From Strigamia acuminata (lineage: Eukaryota), in the NCBI GenBank assembly GCA_949358305.1, contig OX442314.1, positions 32,798,001-32,862,000 on the forward strand: a DNA stretch of 64,000 bases, read 5' to 3'. The notes beneath the pieces were generated by a model. The model was given only the letters and a program-made list of their open reading frames with translations, did not search any database and was not told the origin of the DNA. The position numbers and the translations under genes are program-made. Position 1 is the stretch's first letter; every line of letters begins with the position of its first letter. Of the stretch, positions 40,201-50,456 are shown in pieces.

Positions 40201-43200
40201 TACTTATATTGCTGATTTTGTTTCGAAAAGAACCATTTGCTTATCTTTCGGACATAGAAAAGGCGTTTTTACAGCTATTGCTGAGAATGGCAGATCGGGA
40301 TTTCGTTCGTTTCCTTTGGACACCGGAAGAATGGGACGGTCGGCAGTTTGTGAAGCCCAGAGTTATGCGCCAGAAAAGAGTAGTATTCGGAGTCAAATCA
40401 AGTCCCTACCTTTTAAACGACTCAATTCAACTACATCTCGACAACATGCGTGAAAAATATGAAGAAACAGTTGCTCAAATCAAAGATAAATTTTACGTCG
40501 ACGACTTGCTCGGTTGCGCCAAATCCGAAGGGGAGGTGGAAAAAATATTCCACGAAGCTCGCAAATTGATGATGGAAGCGCACATGCCCCTACGCAAATG
40601 GCAATCGAACTCACAAAGCTTGCGAGAACTTTTTGCGAGAGAAATTCCGTCGGACGCAAATCTGGTCGACGCCGACAAACACTCGACGTCCGTGTTGGGA
40701 CTGATCTGGAACTTTATAACCGACCACCTCCTGCTCGAAATAGGCGAATGGGCTGACGCACAAGATCAACTCAAGGAATCAAAACGTTTGATCGTTCAGT
40801 CCGTGGCAAGGATTTACGATCCATTAGGATTTGCGACACCATTCGTAATTGTCGGCAAACTGATGTTCCAGGAATTATGGACTCGAAATATAGGTTGGGA
40901 TTCGCCATTACCCCCCGACATTTCAAAACAATGGTCAAGTTGGCGACAACAAGTCGTATTGCTAAGAAAAATTGCCGTTCCTCGACATTACAGCGCTGGA
41001 CAACAATCAAATCCAGATCGTGAATTGCATTTGTTTTGCGACGCAAGCCCCAAAGCATATGGAGTCGTGGTCTACATTCGAACAAAAAATGAAACATCCG
41101 TAGAAGTCACACTCTGTATGTCGAAGTCGCGCGTTGCACCACTGAAGTCTTTAACGCTGCCCAAACTCGAATTGATGGGCGCATTGCTGCTGTCGCGAGT
41201 TGCCGTGAAACTCAAGAAGTTAGAAATTCAGCGTGTTTTCTACTGGACCGATTCGTCCATTACATATTTCTGGATTCGCGAGCAACAGAAGAAGTCAAAT
41301 CCATTCGTCTCGAACCGAGTCCGCGAAATCCGCACGAACACCGAGGTCGCCTGTTGGCGTCATTGCCCGGGGAAGGTCAATCCAGCGGATAAGTTAACCC
41401 GAGGAATGGAGGCCGACAAATTGGTTCAAGACATCGAATGGTGGAGCGGCCCTGAGTGGCTGAAAAAGGACGAGACACATTGGCCACAAAAATTCGACGA
41501 AGAAACAGAGTCCAACTTTGAAGAAGAAATTGAAGAAATAGATACTCGCGTAAATGTGACTCGATCAAGTGAAGAGGCGATTTTCGATATTGAAAAGTAC
41601 AGCAGTTGGACCAAAGTCAAACGAATCACCGCCTGGATTTTGAGATTTTGCCACAATTCAAGAAAAATCGAAACAGTCATCGGACCGTTAAAGACGGAAG
41701 AGTTAGAAACAGCCGAAATTTATTGGTTGCGCAGTATACAAAAACAGAGATTTTCGGAGGAAATATATAGCTTGAAAAATTCAACGAAACTGAAAAGCGA
41801 TTCACCCCTAGCAAGCGTAGCCGTAGTTCTCGACCAGAATGAAATTATACGAATCGACTCGAGAATACGTTTTAACACGGGAATAGAAAATTTTGTGAGC
41901 CCCATCGTTTTGGATTCAAATTCACCGGCTGTAAAATTAATAGTCGAAGATTGTCATCATAGAACTTTACATGGAGGACTAGGCAACACTCTGTCAGAAT
42001 TTAGAGCGAAATACTGGGTTAAAAAAGGAAGAAAATTCATCAAGACATTGATTTCCCGATGCGTGACTTGTCGAAGAGTGAACGCAAAATTGATGACTCA
42101 AACGGTCGGTCTGCTACCTGCGGACAGAGTGAATCGTGCGGAGCCATTTCAAATTATTGGCATAGACTTCGCCGGACCACTATACACTAAAAACGGAAAA
42201 AAGACTTACATCGCTCTGTTCACTTGTGCCGTGGTGCGAGCTGTTCATTTAGAACTTGTATCTGATCTCACTACGGAGAAATTCATTCTCGCATTTAAAC
42301 GACTTATTGCAAGAAGAGGAGTCCCTGGCATTGTCTACTCAGACAATGCTAAAACCTTTAAGCGAGCCGAAAAAGACTTGTCTTTATTCATCAACAGCTT
42401 CTCGCACGAGCTGTTCCAGGGGTTCTTGTCAAAGCAAAAAATACAGTGGAAATTTATCGTCGAATTGGCTCCGTGGTGGGGCGGATTTTGGGAGCGACTG
42501 GTCAAAACTGTTAAACTGAGCTTAAAAAAAGTCCTTGCTCGATCATCGTTGGACTTTGAAGAACTGTCGACCGTTTTGACAGAGGTCGAAGCTGCGGTTA
42601 ATTCGAGACCAATCACTTACGTTACGGACGATCCGTTGGAGCAAGAACCGCTGACGCCTTCTCATTTTTTGACCGGAGGACGTCTCATCACGCTTCCAGA
42701 CGTCTACAGTCCAGAAAGTCGTGTCGACAATTCATTTCGACCCGAGCTCGTGAAGCGATGGAAGCTGCGTCAACGTTTGATTAATTTGCTTTGGCGTCGT
42801 TGGACGCACGAGTACCTTGTCGAGCTTCGTGAATTCCGTCGTGTACGAACCTCAAAAGAAGTTCAAATTGGGGATTTGGTTCTCATTCAAGAACAAGGTC
42901 AGCCTCGAATGTCATGGAAAATGGCAAGAGTTTCAAATACCTTTATCGGACGGGACGAAAAAATACGCTCTTGTGAATTGACTTTGCCCGAAGGAAAAAC
43001 TTTGAGACGCCCAGTACAAAGACTGTGTTCTTTAGAGGCTTCAGACTAATTGAATTCCCCCCCCCCCCAATGTAAAATCTAGACTGATTTAATTTGTTTT
43101 TAATGTTTATTCATGTATTTGATTTTAGTAATTTTGTCTTAGTTTAATTATCGATTGAATTTAGTGATTGATTTGTGTTTATTACAATTAAGTGTTTTGT

Positions 43201-43600
43201 GTTTTGTTTTGTGTTTTGTGTTCTTTTTCATTCATTGTGCCTTATTGTGTATTATCGTGTTTAATTGTGTTTCATCATGGTTTTTGCTGACTTTTCAGTT
43301 GTGTTATTGCATTAAATTGTCTGTGTTCTTTTTGTGTTATATAAATCGCTCGAGGGTCTTTTCGAGAGCCCTCTTTTATGTAAATTGGGTATCTTTCGGC
43401 CCTTGTTGACCGGATGTAGACCCCGTTTTTTCTATGCACCACACATTCCACCCTCAACTCGCTGACCACGCGTCACTTGTGAAAAAGAATGTCATTTTTC
43501 AACTCAAGTAAAATTAAAAGTTGTTAAGTTTTATTTCGACCGTCGCTTTTGCTGTTTTACAATTCATCACCCATCGTGAAGTTCATTTACAATTCGTAAA
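37240..43600 (+). mobile_element. BEL/Pao LTR retrotransposon 3 (coding-intact)
   Basis: 530-bp direct repeats 37240-37769 and 43071-43600, identical by eye. TSD ttcgg; tRNA-Phe PBS 37771-37788. Confidence 0.96.
37857..43049 (+). CDS. BEL/Pao Gag-Pol polyprotein, 1730 aa
   Basis: Uninterrupted ORF: Gag (FKGDPLDWADFW), three Cys/His knuckles, protease IDPGSQSSF, RT YVDD, RNase H FCDAS/WTDS, integrase HHCC plus DFAGP/SDNA/WWGGFWER. Confidence 0.97.
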   Translation: MADDLAVLKAQRAVTRRLTTTTITKAKTILAGIPINELDLKKIKVHLQAKSNELKSLDAKILAMLTDEQEIDEEITRSETEYHEKIIDCGVEIDEALITFIAPPTTPVLPPITNNYHGTASVPQDSPMRLPKYDTIKFKGDPLDWADFWGNFEISIDTKTNISAQSKLVYLKSLLDGEAALVLKGLPPTNENYPIAKKLLLERFGRTDVLLSAHLRSLMKMKPVRDILDPIPLQKLYDECETHVRGLNAANMNVDAIDATACPLILGLVPRQISLEFSRQYPDGKYKAKDLLDMVRNELVHHNKIENFQDLHRSTEKSKPEKVDVDKPVHKTHNRVPSARVLSTTISNCMFCNKTHERDGCLTTATERKEFVKKEGRCFKCLKKGHSSRNCTYRVTCKLCQRHHNQLVCEGPSETPKEKVTLLVSTNENLAAYAQPPTTTLATIFVKIQNESRESTVQCLIDPGSQSSFVLASLAKDMHLKPNGEEHLSVHTFGNQTPLNTKGNRFELKLCNVGDKNRSLCVNALETPWITKPICTKLQAGLRAALERDQIVIDSGNNTNCDIFILLGADCIAKILTGCIRKIEENLIAIETLFGWTLMGSSINVTTMSTLVTRVCSVRLEERLDESLKKFWELESIGIRHESEDETLTDRNSCAIRFREQVTREEGRYVVALPWLVEPRKLHNNYEIAEKRFWNLVRKFKKNPGFYAAYKQIFDDQIRDGIIEEVNEPQHENSYYMPHRAVIKEDRVTTKIRIVFDASAKGKNELSLNDCLDSGPNLLPEILILLILFRKEPFAYLSDIEKAFLQLLLRMADRDFVRFLWTPEEWDGRQFVKPRVMRQKRVVFGVKSSPYLLNDSIQLHLDNMREKYEETVAQIKDKFYVDDLLGCAKSEGEVEKIFHEARKLMMEAHMPLRKWQSNSQSLRELFAREIPSDANLVDADKHSTSVLGLIWNFITDHLLLEIGEWADAQDQLKESKRLIVQSVARIYDPLGFATPFVIVGKLMFQELWTRNIGWDSPLPPDISKQWSSWRQQVVLLRKIAVPRHYSAGQQSNPDRELHLFCDASPKAYGVVVYIRTKNETSVEVTLCMSKSRVAPLKSLTLPKLELMGALLLSRVAVKLKKLEIQRVFYWTDSSITYFWIREQQKKSNPFVSNRVREIRTNTEVACWRHCPGKVNPADKLTRGMEADKLVQDIEWWSGPEWLKKDETHWPQKFDEETESNFEEEIEEIDTRVNVTRSSEEAIFDIEKYSSWTKVKRITAWILRFCHNSRKIETVIGPLKTEELETAEIYWLRSIQKQRFSEEIYSLKNSTKLKSDSPLASVAVVLDQNEIIRIDSRIRFNTGIENFVSPIVLDSNSPAVKLIVEDCHHRTLHGGLGNTLSEFRAKYWVKKGRKFIKTLISRCVTCRRVNAKLMTQTVGLLPADRVNRAEPFQIIGIDFAGPLYTKNGKKTYIALFTCAVVRAVHLELVSDLTTEKFILAFKRLIARRGVPGIVYSDNAKTFKRAEKDLSLFINSFSHELFQGFLSKQKIQWKFIVELAPWWGGFWERLVKTVKLSLKKVLARSSLDFEELSTVLTEVEAAVNSRPITYVTDDPLEQEPLTPSHFLTGGRLITLPDVYSPESRVDNSFRPELVKRWKLRQRLINLLWRRWTHEYLVELREFRRVRTSKEVQIGDLVLIQEQGQPRMSWKMARVSNTFIGRDEKIRSCELTLPEGKTLRRPVQRLCSLEASD

Positions 43601-44639
43601 TTCGGTCTGGTCAGATTCATGATTCGTTTGAAGGTATCCACTCCTACACAAGCCAGTAGGAAGCATCGTCCACCACTTTATTTACTGCAAAAACGCATTT
43701 TATTTGCAAAACGTATGTTTCCCAGTCGTCGTTTGAGTCATACTTGTCCGGTGTACCGACATGAGGCATGTTGAAACGAGATAAAGATGAATGGGCACAA
43801 AAAAGACCTCACGATTGGAAATTAGGCCAAATGAGGGTCCATGCGGTCAGCAAAGTTCGGAAAATCAAGTTTTTGGCATAAAAACTTCACAAAGAAGACA
43901 CAAAAGTAAAAGGTAACGATTAATGTTAGAGTTTGTGTCAATTTTGTTACTTACCCGAGCAAATCAGCGCACGTTCGACATGGCGCATTTTAACTCATCT
44001 TATCGTCTTATCGTGAAACTTAAGATGTGTTCTACGCAGCTCAGTCCATCTAAACAATAGAATATTTCATCATTTCAAGAAATGTTTAATCTACTTATAT
44101 AATTTTTACCATTTCAGCCAATTGTTTTCACTGCGACCATGTTGTTGTGAAGCAGCACACTATTGCCATCTGGCGAAGAAATAGAAAAACTCGGGCAAAA
44201 ACGCTCCAGATTTGTAGTTCATTCTAAAATACTTTTCAGTTCGAGGTCACAGCTTCTTCAACAACCCCTGAAAACGTTAAATAAACATCACGAGCCCCAG
44301 AAAATCAGTAATTGGTGTTTGAAAACAAGTTTACAGAATAATAAAGGAGTCACGGATTGCAACGAGCTTGCAAAAGTAATGTTTTAACAAAAGAATGCTA
44401 ATCTGTTACAAATTGTTTTAAATCCATAATCCCTTGAAAAATTGAAAAGTGAACTCAACTCTAGGGTGCCTAATAATGTTTCTGAAGCTACTACAACTGG
44501 GAAATTATTATAAGTCAAAATGAAAGAAATTAGAAAAGTTACGTACTGGTCGTATACATGTAATCTCAAACCATTGATTTTGTACACAAACCTCCCATTA
44601 ATATTGTTGTTGCTTTAATTTTTAAATATTTAGGACAAA

Positions 44640-44803
44640 ATCTGAATTCGAATCTTAATTCGAATATAACACCATCGTGTTATATTCGAATACAGCACGA
44701 TGGTGTTATATTCGAATTTAATTTTTGACCATGTTTGCAAATCAGCGATTTTTTGAAAAAATCGAATACAACACGATCCAGTACTATTCGGGTGAAGACG
44801 GTA
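44640..44803. mobile_element. pogo/Tigger-like MITE remnant
   Basis: Internal palindromes (ttcgaatataacaccatcgtg / cacgatggtgttatattcgaa) and a ...gacggTA terminus. The other end was not found. Confidence 0.45.
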
Positions 44804-47480
44804 GTCTTATTATTACATGAGGGCGTGTCCTTCTCCAGGGTAACTTGTCCCTAATGCCCTAGTAAAGAACACGCCGTCACAACATTACGGGTGATAGTTC
44901 AATACTACATGCTTAACCTGAGTTTTGTCCTGATTTTGTCACGCTAACTTGCCGCTAACTTCTCAGCAAAGTGGAAATGTATTGATGTTTTCTTTTTTTT
45001 ATTAATAGGCCCAGCGAGGGGTGGATTTTTTGTAAGTTTTGTTCTTGCTAGGCATGTTATTTATTTAAACAAATGTTCATTTTCATCTGACGTGAGATAA
45101 TAGGCGCGTCAAAGTTTCTGTTGTTAGTACGTGCTACGTTCGCCATCACCAGTTGCCATGCGCAAAGCAGAAACCTTTAGCTTCAACTAAAAAATTGATG
45201 GCATGCTGATGTTGATTGAACTGAGTTTTGTTGCTTACCCGAACAATCAGCACAAGTTCAGCCTTGTTCATTTTAACACGTCATTTCGATCGACCGAGTT
45301 TTGAACCCTTCCTTCGGTTGAATGCGACGTGAGACTTGAAATGTATTGTACGCAGCTCAGTCAATCTAAAAGACGGAATATTTCATCACATAACGAAAGG
45401 TCTGATCAAGTTTCTATGAAAAATCTTTACTCTTTCCGCCAAAGTTGAACTCGTCGATCTCGATCTCGCTGCATCCATGTTGTAGTGTAGTTCAACCGAG
45501 TATCGCCATCTGGCGAAGAAATAACTAAACTCCGATAAACACGCTCCACAATCAAACATTTTTTCAAGTTCATTTCTCGCCATATGAAAACTGTAGAATA
45601 AAAAAAAAAATACAAAAACTAATTTTCTTTTTTCGGTTACTCTTCTCACTTACTAGACCTTTTGATAGTCTCATAGTTTCTTGCTGGTTTTAGCGTCATC
45701 TTGGTTCATGTCGGTTTCACCAACTAGAATTGACAATTTTCATCATCGTTTCATGAACTAAATCTGCCTAACCGATTCAGTAGAAATGAGCTCCGAGAAC
45801 ACAGATTAGGGGAGTACAATATATTTTATTCGCCGGTAACCAAACAAAATTTTAATTTCCAACACGTCTGATTCTAGATCTAAAAATGTAAAAATGTCAT
45901 TCAAGTTGCAATGTTGTTAAGCATCCGTGTGATGTTTCTGTTGATGTGTGCAAAAGCAGTTGCTAAATGTAGAAACTACCCAATACAGTGAAAATATGTT
46001 GCTTTATTAAAAGTTTAACTTGCTGAAACTAAAACATGACATGAGTCAGCTTCAGCTTCTACGCTCTCAGTTGCTACGATAACAGTTGGATTTGGATTTG
46101 TGCGCACACTGCCAGTTGGAAACTTGTTCGAATAAAAAATTTCCAAGAGAAATATAATTCCAGAGCAGAAAACTCCTCCAATTAAAATTAGAAATGCGGT
46201 GATTGTGTGGTAAATAGAGATGGGTTTGCAGTCATAATTTCTTGTCTGGCAAAATGTTGATGTTTTATATTTATCGTCGAGTCTGTTTACGATTCCTTTT
46301 TCGTTTTGGTTCAAAATGCTAAAACGTATAATTGAAGTTGAATTTTAAAACCTTTACAAATTTACTACTACGGTACTCACTTCTGATTAAATAACTCAAC
46401 ATATTTAGATTTTTTATTAAACATGAAATAAGTTGAACGATCCCCAATGGGAATTTTTATAAAACTAAACATACAGTTTTGTCCGTACATCTGTTTGAGG
46501 ATATTGTACAAGTGGAGGATGGCATTTTTGTTCTTCGAAAGTAGTTTTGGACCATCAGTCAAGGAAATGTTTCCTTCACCGGGACTTTTTTCCATCCGAT
46601 GCCAAATTTCGCGTTTAAGATTTGTTTCTGCATTCTGCCATAGAAAAATAAGAACTATGCAATTACAAGTACCACCTACAAATTCCAAATCCATACACTT
46701 TCATTTGTTGGTCTGTACTAAACTCTACCTACCTGGGTACACAATTCTAAAAAAAAAGCATAAAAAGATTGCATTCTTAACCGCATAAGTATGTTTAACA
46801 GGGACCTTTTGATATTTAAATAGTGTAACAATTGAAGTCAGGAGGTGTTTTGACATTTCTATCGATTACCTTAATAAGCTTGTAAGGAAACCGCACTCCA
46901 AAAGCGTAAAGGTTGACTCTGTCGTCTAACAATACGTCTTGAATGCTGTTGTATTGCAGACGTGATGTTGTAACAGTGAGTGATGCATATAGTACCACAC
47001 TGTAGCTTGAAATGATTAGCAAACGAAACAAGTTTTCCGTTCCAGTAACAGTATAAGCTTTAACGTACAATAAAAATTATTTGTAATTGATGGTAAACGT
47101 GACTTTTAAATTGATTAGTAATCTCATTGAAGTGTATTTACCTGAAGTTGAGGGTGTGTTTTTGTGGTTTTGACTGATCGAAGCAAAAGATAGCGCGATG
47201 ATCAAAGAAGTAGCTAAAATACACAACCATACAACCATAGAAAACGGTTTGAAAAATGTCAACCATAAGTATTCTTTGATGACACTGTCCTGTCGCATGA
47301 CGAATGCAAATGTGTCTGTGTCGATCGGAAAATTGACAAAGTCGAAATTCAGCACACGTTCTGTACTCATTCCAAACATGATTCTGACGAAGTCATATTG
47401 CTGATAAAAGAATAGGCAAGTTGAATAAAAAATGTATTCTGAAAAATGTTGTGTGTTAACATATATTAAAGTATGCACTT

Positions 47481-47991
47481 TGTGAAAACTAGAATTTTAG
47501 AAGACTCGGAAAAAAGTGTTTATTTTTTATGGAAAGTGTTTTTAGATGAAAAGAAGTTGTTTTTAATAATGTTTTAATTTCCAATATTGTTTGTTGAAAT
47601 GATTTGAGTATGATTTTTTGGATTATTCAGGAATTTATTGATATTTGACCTACTTATTGTATTTTTGACTCACATTCGATTTGATGAACTTTTAATCTTT
47701 ATCACCTCCCTTTTTGTGATGTCATTTTCTGTATTGGCGAATGATATCAATTGTATTGTTCTTTTTGTTTCTTTGTTTTAAACCACGAGAATAAAATCAG
47801 TGTAATTTTTGCAACCAGCTAACGTGTGTCCGCGTGAGTTTTTTGCCGTGAAACTTTACATTCTTCGAGTTGCGACGAACCCGAATAAGATTTTGAACAA
47901 TTGAACCTGTGGATTTGCAAGAGGCGACTCTCTTGCATTATTTAAACCGATCGATTGCTTTTTCGAAGCTTGCAGTGTGTTGGATTCAACA
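47481..47991 (+). mobile_element. Solo LTR, BEL-like
   Basis: TGTGAAAAC...TTCAACA, 511 bp, 5-bp TSD cactt. Absent at the paralogous site in copies 1 and 2. Confidence 0.88.
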
Positions 47992-48405
47992 CACTTTCTT
48001 TGGATTAAAATCAATTACATACAGAATTTCTAGAGAAAATAATTTTGTCTCGTGTTTAAGCGATACCGTGAATTGGCTGGCTTCTGCACTTCATTTCAGC
48101 TGGTACAGTGCGATAAAAACTCAAAAGATGGCGTTTGCCACTGTGATGTAATCGGTTTGAGCTATTGAAGTTAACAGGGGGAATAGGAGTTAACTTAGTA
48201 ACAGAAACTTCCCATTAAGGTCAGTTCTTCTAGAGTTCCCAAACTAGCAACTGCCTTCTAGTGCATGAACATTCATGAGCTTAGCTTAGTTATTATCATA
48301 ACATAACTTAGGCATATGCCTAACTTGTAAGTTATGTTATGATAATAACTTAAATTATTTTCATTTATGTTATTTATTTTAGAATTAAGATAGAGGTAAG
48401 ACATA

Positions 48406-49149
48406 CAGGGTGTTTCGTTTAAAACTCCCCAGTCAATTTCCAGAATAAGTATATGCTTTTTTAAAAAAACCAAGCAGACTATTCTATAGCAAAGTACGGA
48501 TGACGAATCCAATCGTGTAATCAAATTTCATGCCAGACATGCAACAATGCACTTTTCATTTGCTAACTCGTTAGGTGGTTGAGATAAAGCAAAGTTTCCA
48601 ATTACACCATAAAATTAGTACTATCCAACTTATCTTAGTCATCTTAAGTTAATTTTTTTTATTTTAAAATGAAAACAAATCAACTAAAATAAAGCCAGCC
48701 ATTGTGGCAAAAATTAGATTTCTACTGCAAAAGTACTGAACTTCTTCAATAAATGTATTCACATTTGCATTATTATGCCAGTAAACAAAAAAAACAACTG
48801 TATTTTTTTAATGCCTAAATTATTTTATTTTCTAAGAATAAAAATTTTCAATTTGCTGATTTGTTTTTCTTTTTTTTAAAAAAAAAACAGTTAACATAAG
48901 GTGACTAACATCAGTTGGATAGTACTAATTTTATAATTCTCTACAACTTTGTAATTGGAAATTTTGCTCTATCTCAACCAGCTAACGAGTTAGCAAATGA
49001 AAAGTGCATTGTTGCATGTCTGGCATGAAATTTGATTACACCATTGGATTCGTCACCCGTACTTTGCTATAGAATAGTCTGCTTGGTTTTTTAAAAAAGC
49101 ATATACTTATTCTGGAAATTGACTGAGGAGTCTTAAACGAAACACCCTG
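48406..49149. mobile_element. Tc1/mariner MITE with TIRs of about 200 bp
   Basis: CAGGGTGTTTCGTTT...AAACGAAACACCCTG with TA TSD. Empty site gacaTAtagttt in copy 1 at about 13144. Confidence 0.93.
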
Positions 49150-50456
49150 TATAGTTTGCATTGAACAAAAGCATGTAAGTTATAATTACTTTATGAATTT
49201 TAGTTAAATGCCAGATATCTGTAAACTAGATTTCTGACTTCAATAATTAAAGCTAAACATGAGTCCCTTTGTTAAACCATTGTTGCGGGTAGAAGAGATC
49301 ATAAACTATAATTGATTCTTTAATCAGATTTCAATCTGCCAAGCCAGTTTCTTTGCTTTCTTTCTCATTTATAATTGTGACAAAATAAATTTGCTCACAA
49401 AAACTTCAGGGTAGTCTCAACTTATTGGAACCGACTGTACTTCCAGCTTTCCTGTACAAACCATATAAGGAATAGTGACTTGTGCAAACTTACTTATATA
49501 AATTAGTATTAATTAACACACTTACTTTCTTCTTCAGATATTTAAGTTTATTATTGTCATCCTTAATGGTAATATTTACTATTGAGCTAGAAATGTAGAA
49601 AGGTTTTTGTCAACCAACTGAATGTATAGTTTACCAAGCAACAAATACTTTACCAAATGTTACTGAATTTCTCCAATACGTGATCAAGAATTTCGAAAAA
49701 TTTTAATAGAAAACCGTATTTCGGTTTTATTTCAAGCTATAAAAATCAAGATGATTTCCTAGTTAACTTGTGTTCGATTATCGTTTTCACTATTTTCTTT
49801 TTTGATTATTAATTTTGCTTTGGGCAAGTATGGGATAGGAGTTTACTTGACACCACAAAAAACCATCCCTCAACCTCATCCCACAACACATCACCAATGA
49901 AACTGTCAATGTTGTGAGAATGGACAGACACAAATAGCGCACAGGAATGCATAAACAGCGCCGAACGCACAACACGTTGATGAGAAATGAGTCGATTACT
50001 ATTCTCAGTATTTTCTCTTTGGTTATTCTTTCTGTTTGGGACTGTATGGGATATAAGTTGTACTTTAGTGTACAAACAAACCTAAAGACCACCCCTACAT
50101 CTAATCACAGCATACTTCCCTCACCCATAACACGAGAATAGAGACTCAAGATGCTACATTCAATAGTTAATAGCCGTTACTATAAGTTGTCTAAGAGTCA
50201 GTGTTCCCAGGCCTTTCCAATTGTTGTGTTCATTGATGCGACCTGCTCTCCACCGGCCTCCATGAGCGATTGCGTGGGCCGTATGAGTAAAACCGGCAGA
50301 ATAATTAAGACCAACTGACCACGTCATACATGGGGATCCCTCCCTGTGCGTGACGGGCCGGTTGCTGGTGTGGCGTGTCTTCGCGGCACTGCAAACACAT
50401 GGGTAGATGGGAGACCGACCCCTAGACAAACAAATTAATAAAGGTCAATCACCCAA

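Larger units (their letters stand above)
36640..43860 (-). mobile_element. Old Gypsy (Mag-like) gag remnant split by BEL3 (pieces about 36640-37239 and 43601-43860)
   Basis: MPHVGTPDKYDSNDDWETY from ATG 43769 resembles GTPREYDPADDWGLY at about 56447. Also FRFRTRNLNESVRDF...LRNQFIWGL and a decayed CGQIG..HFAR knuckle. Confidence 0.75.
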
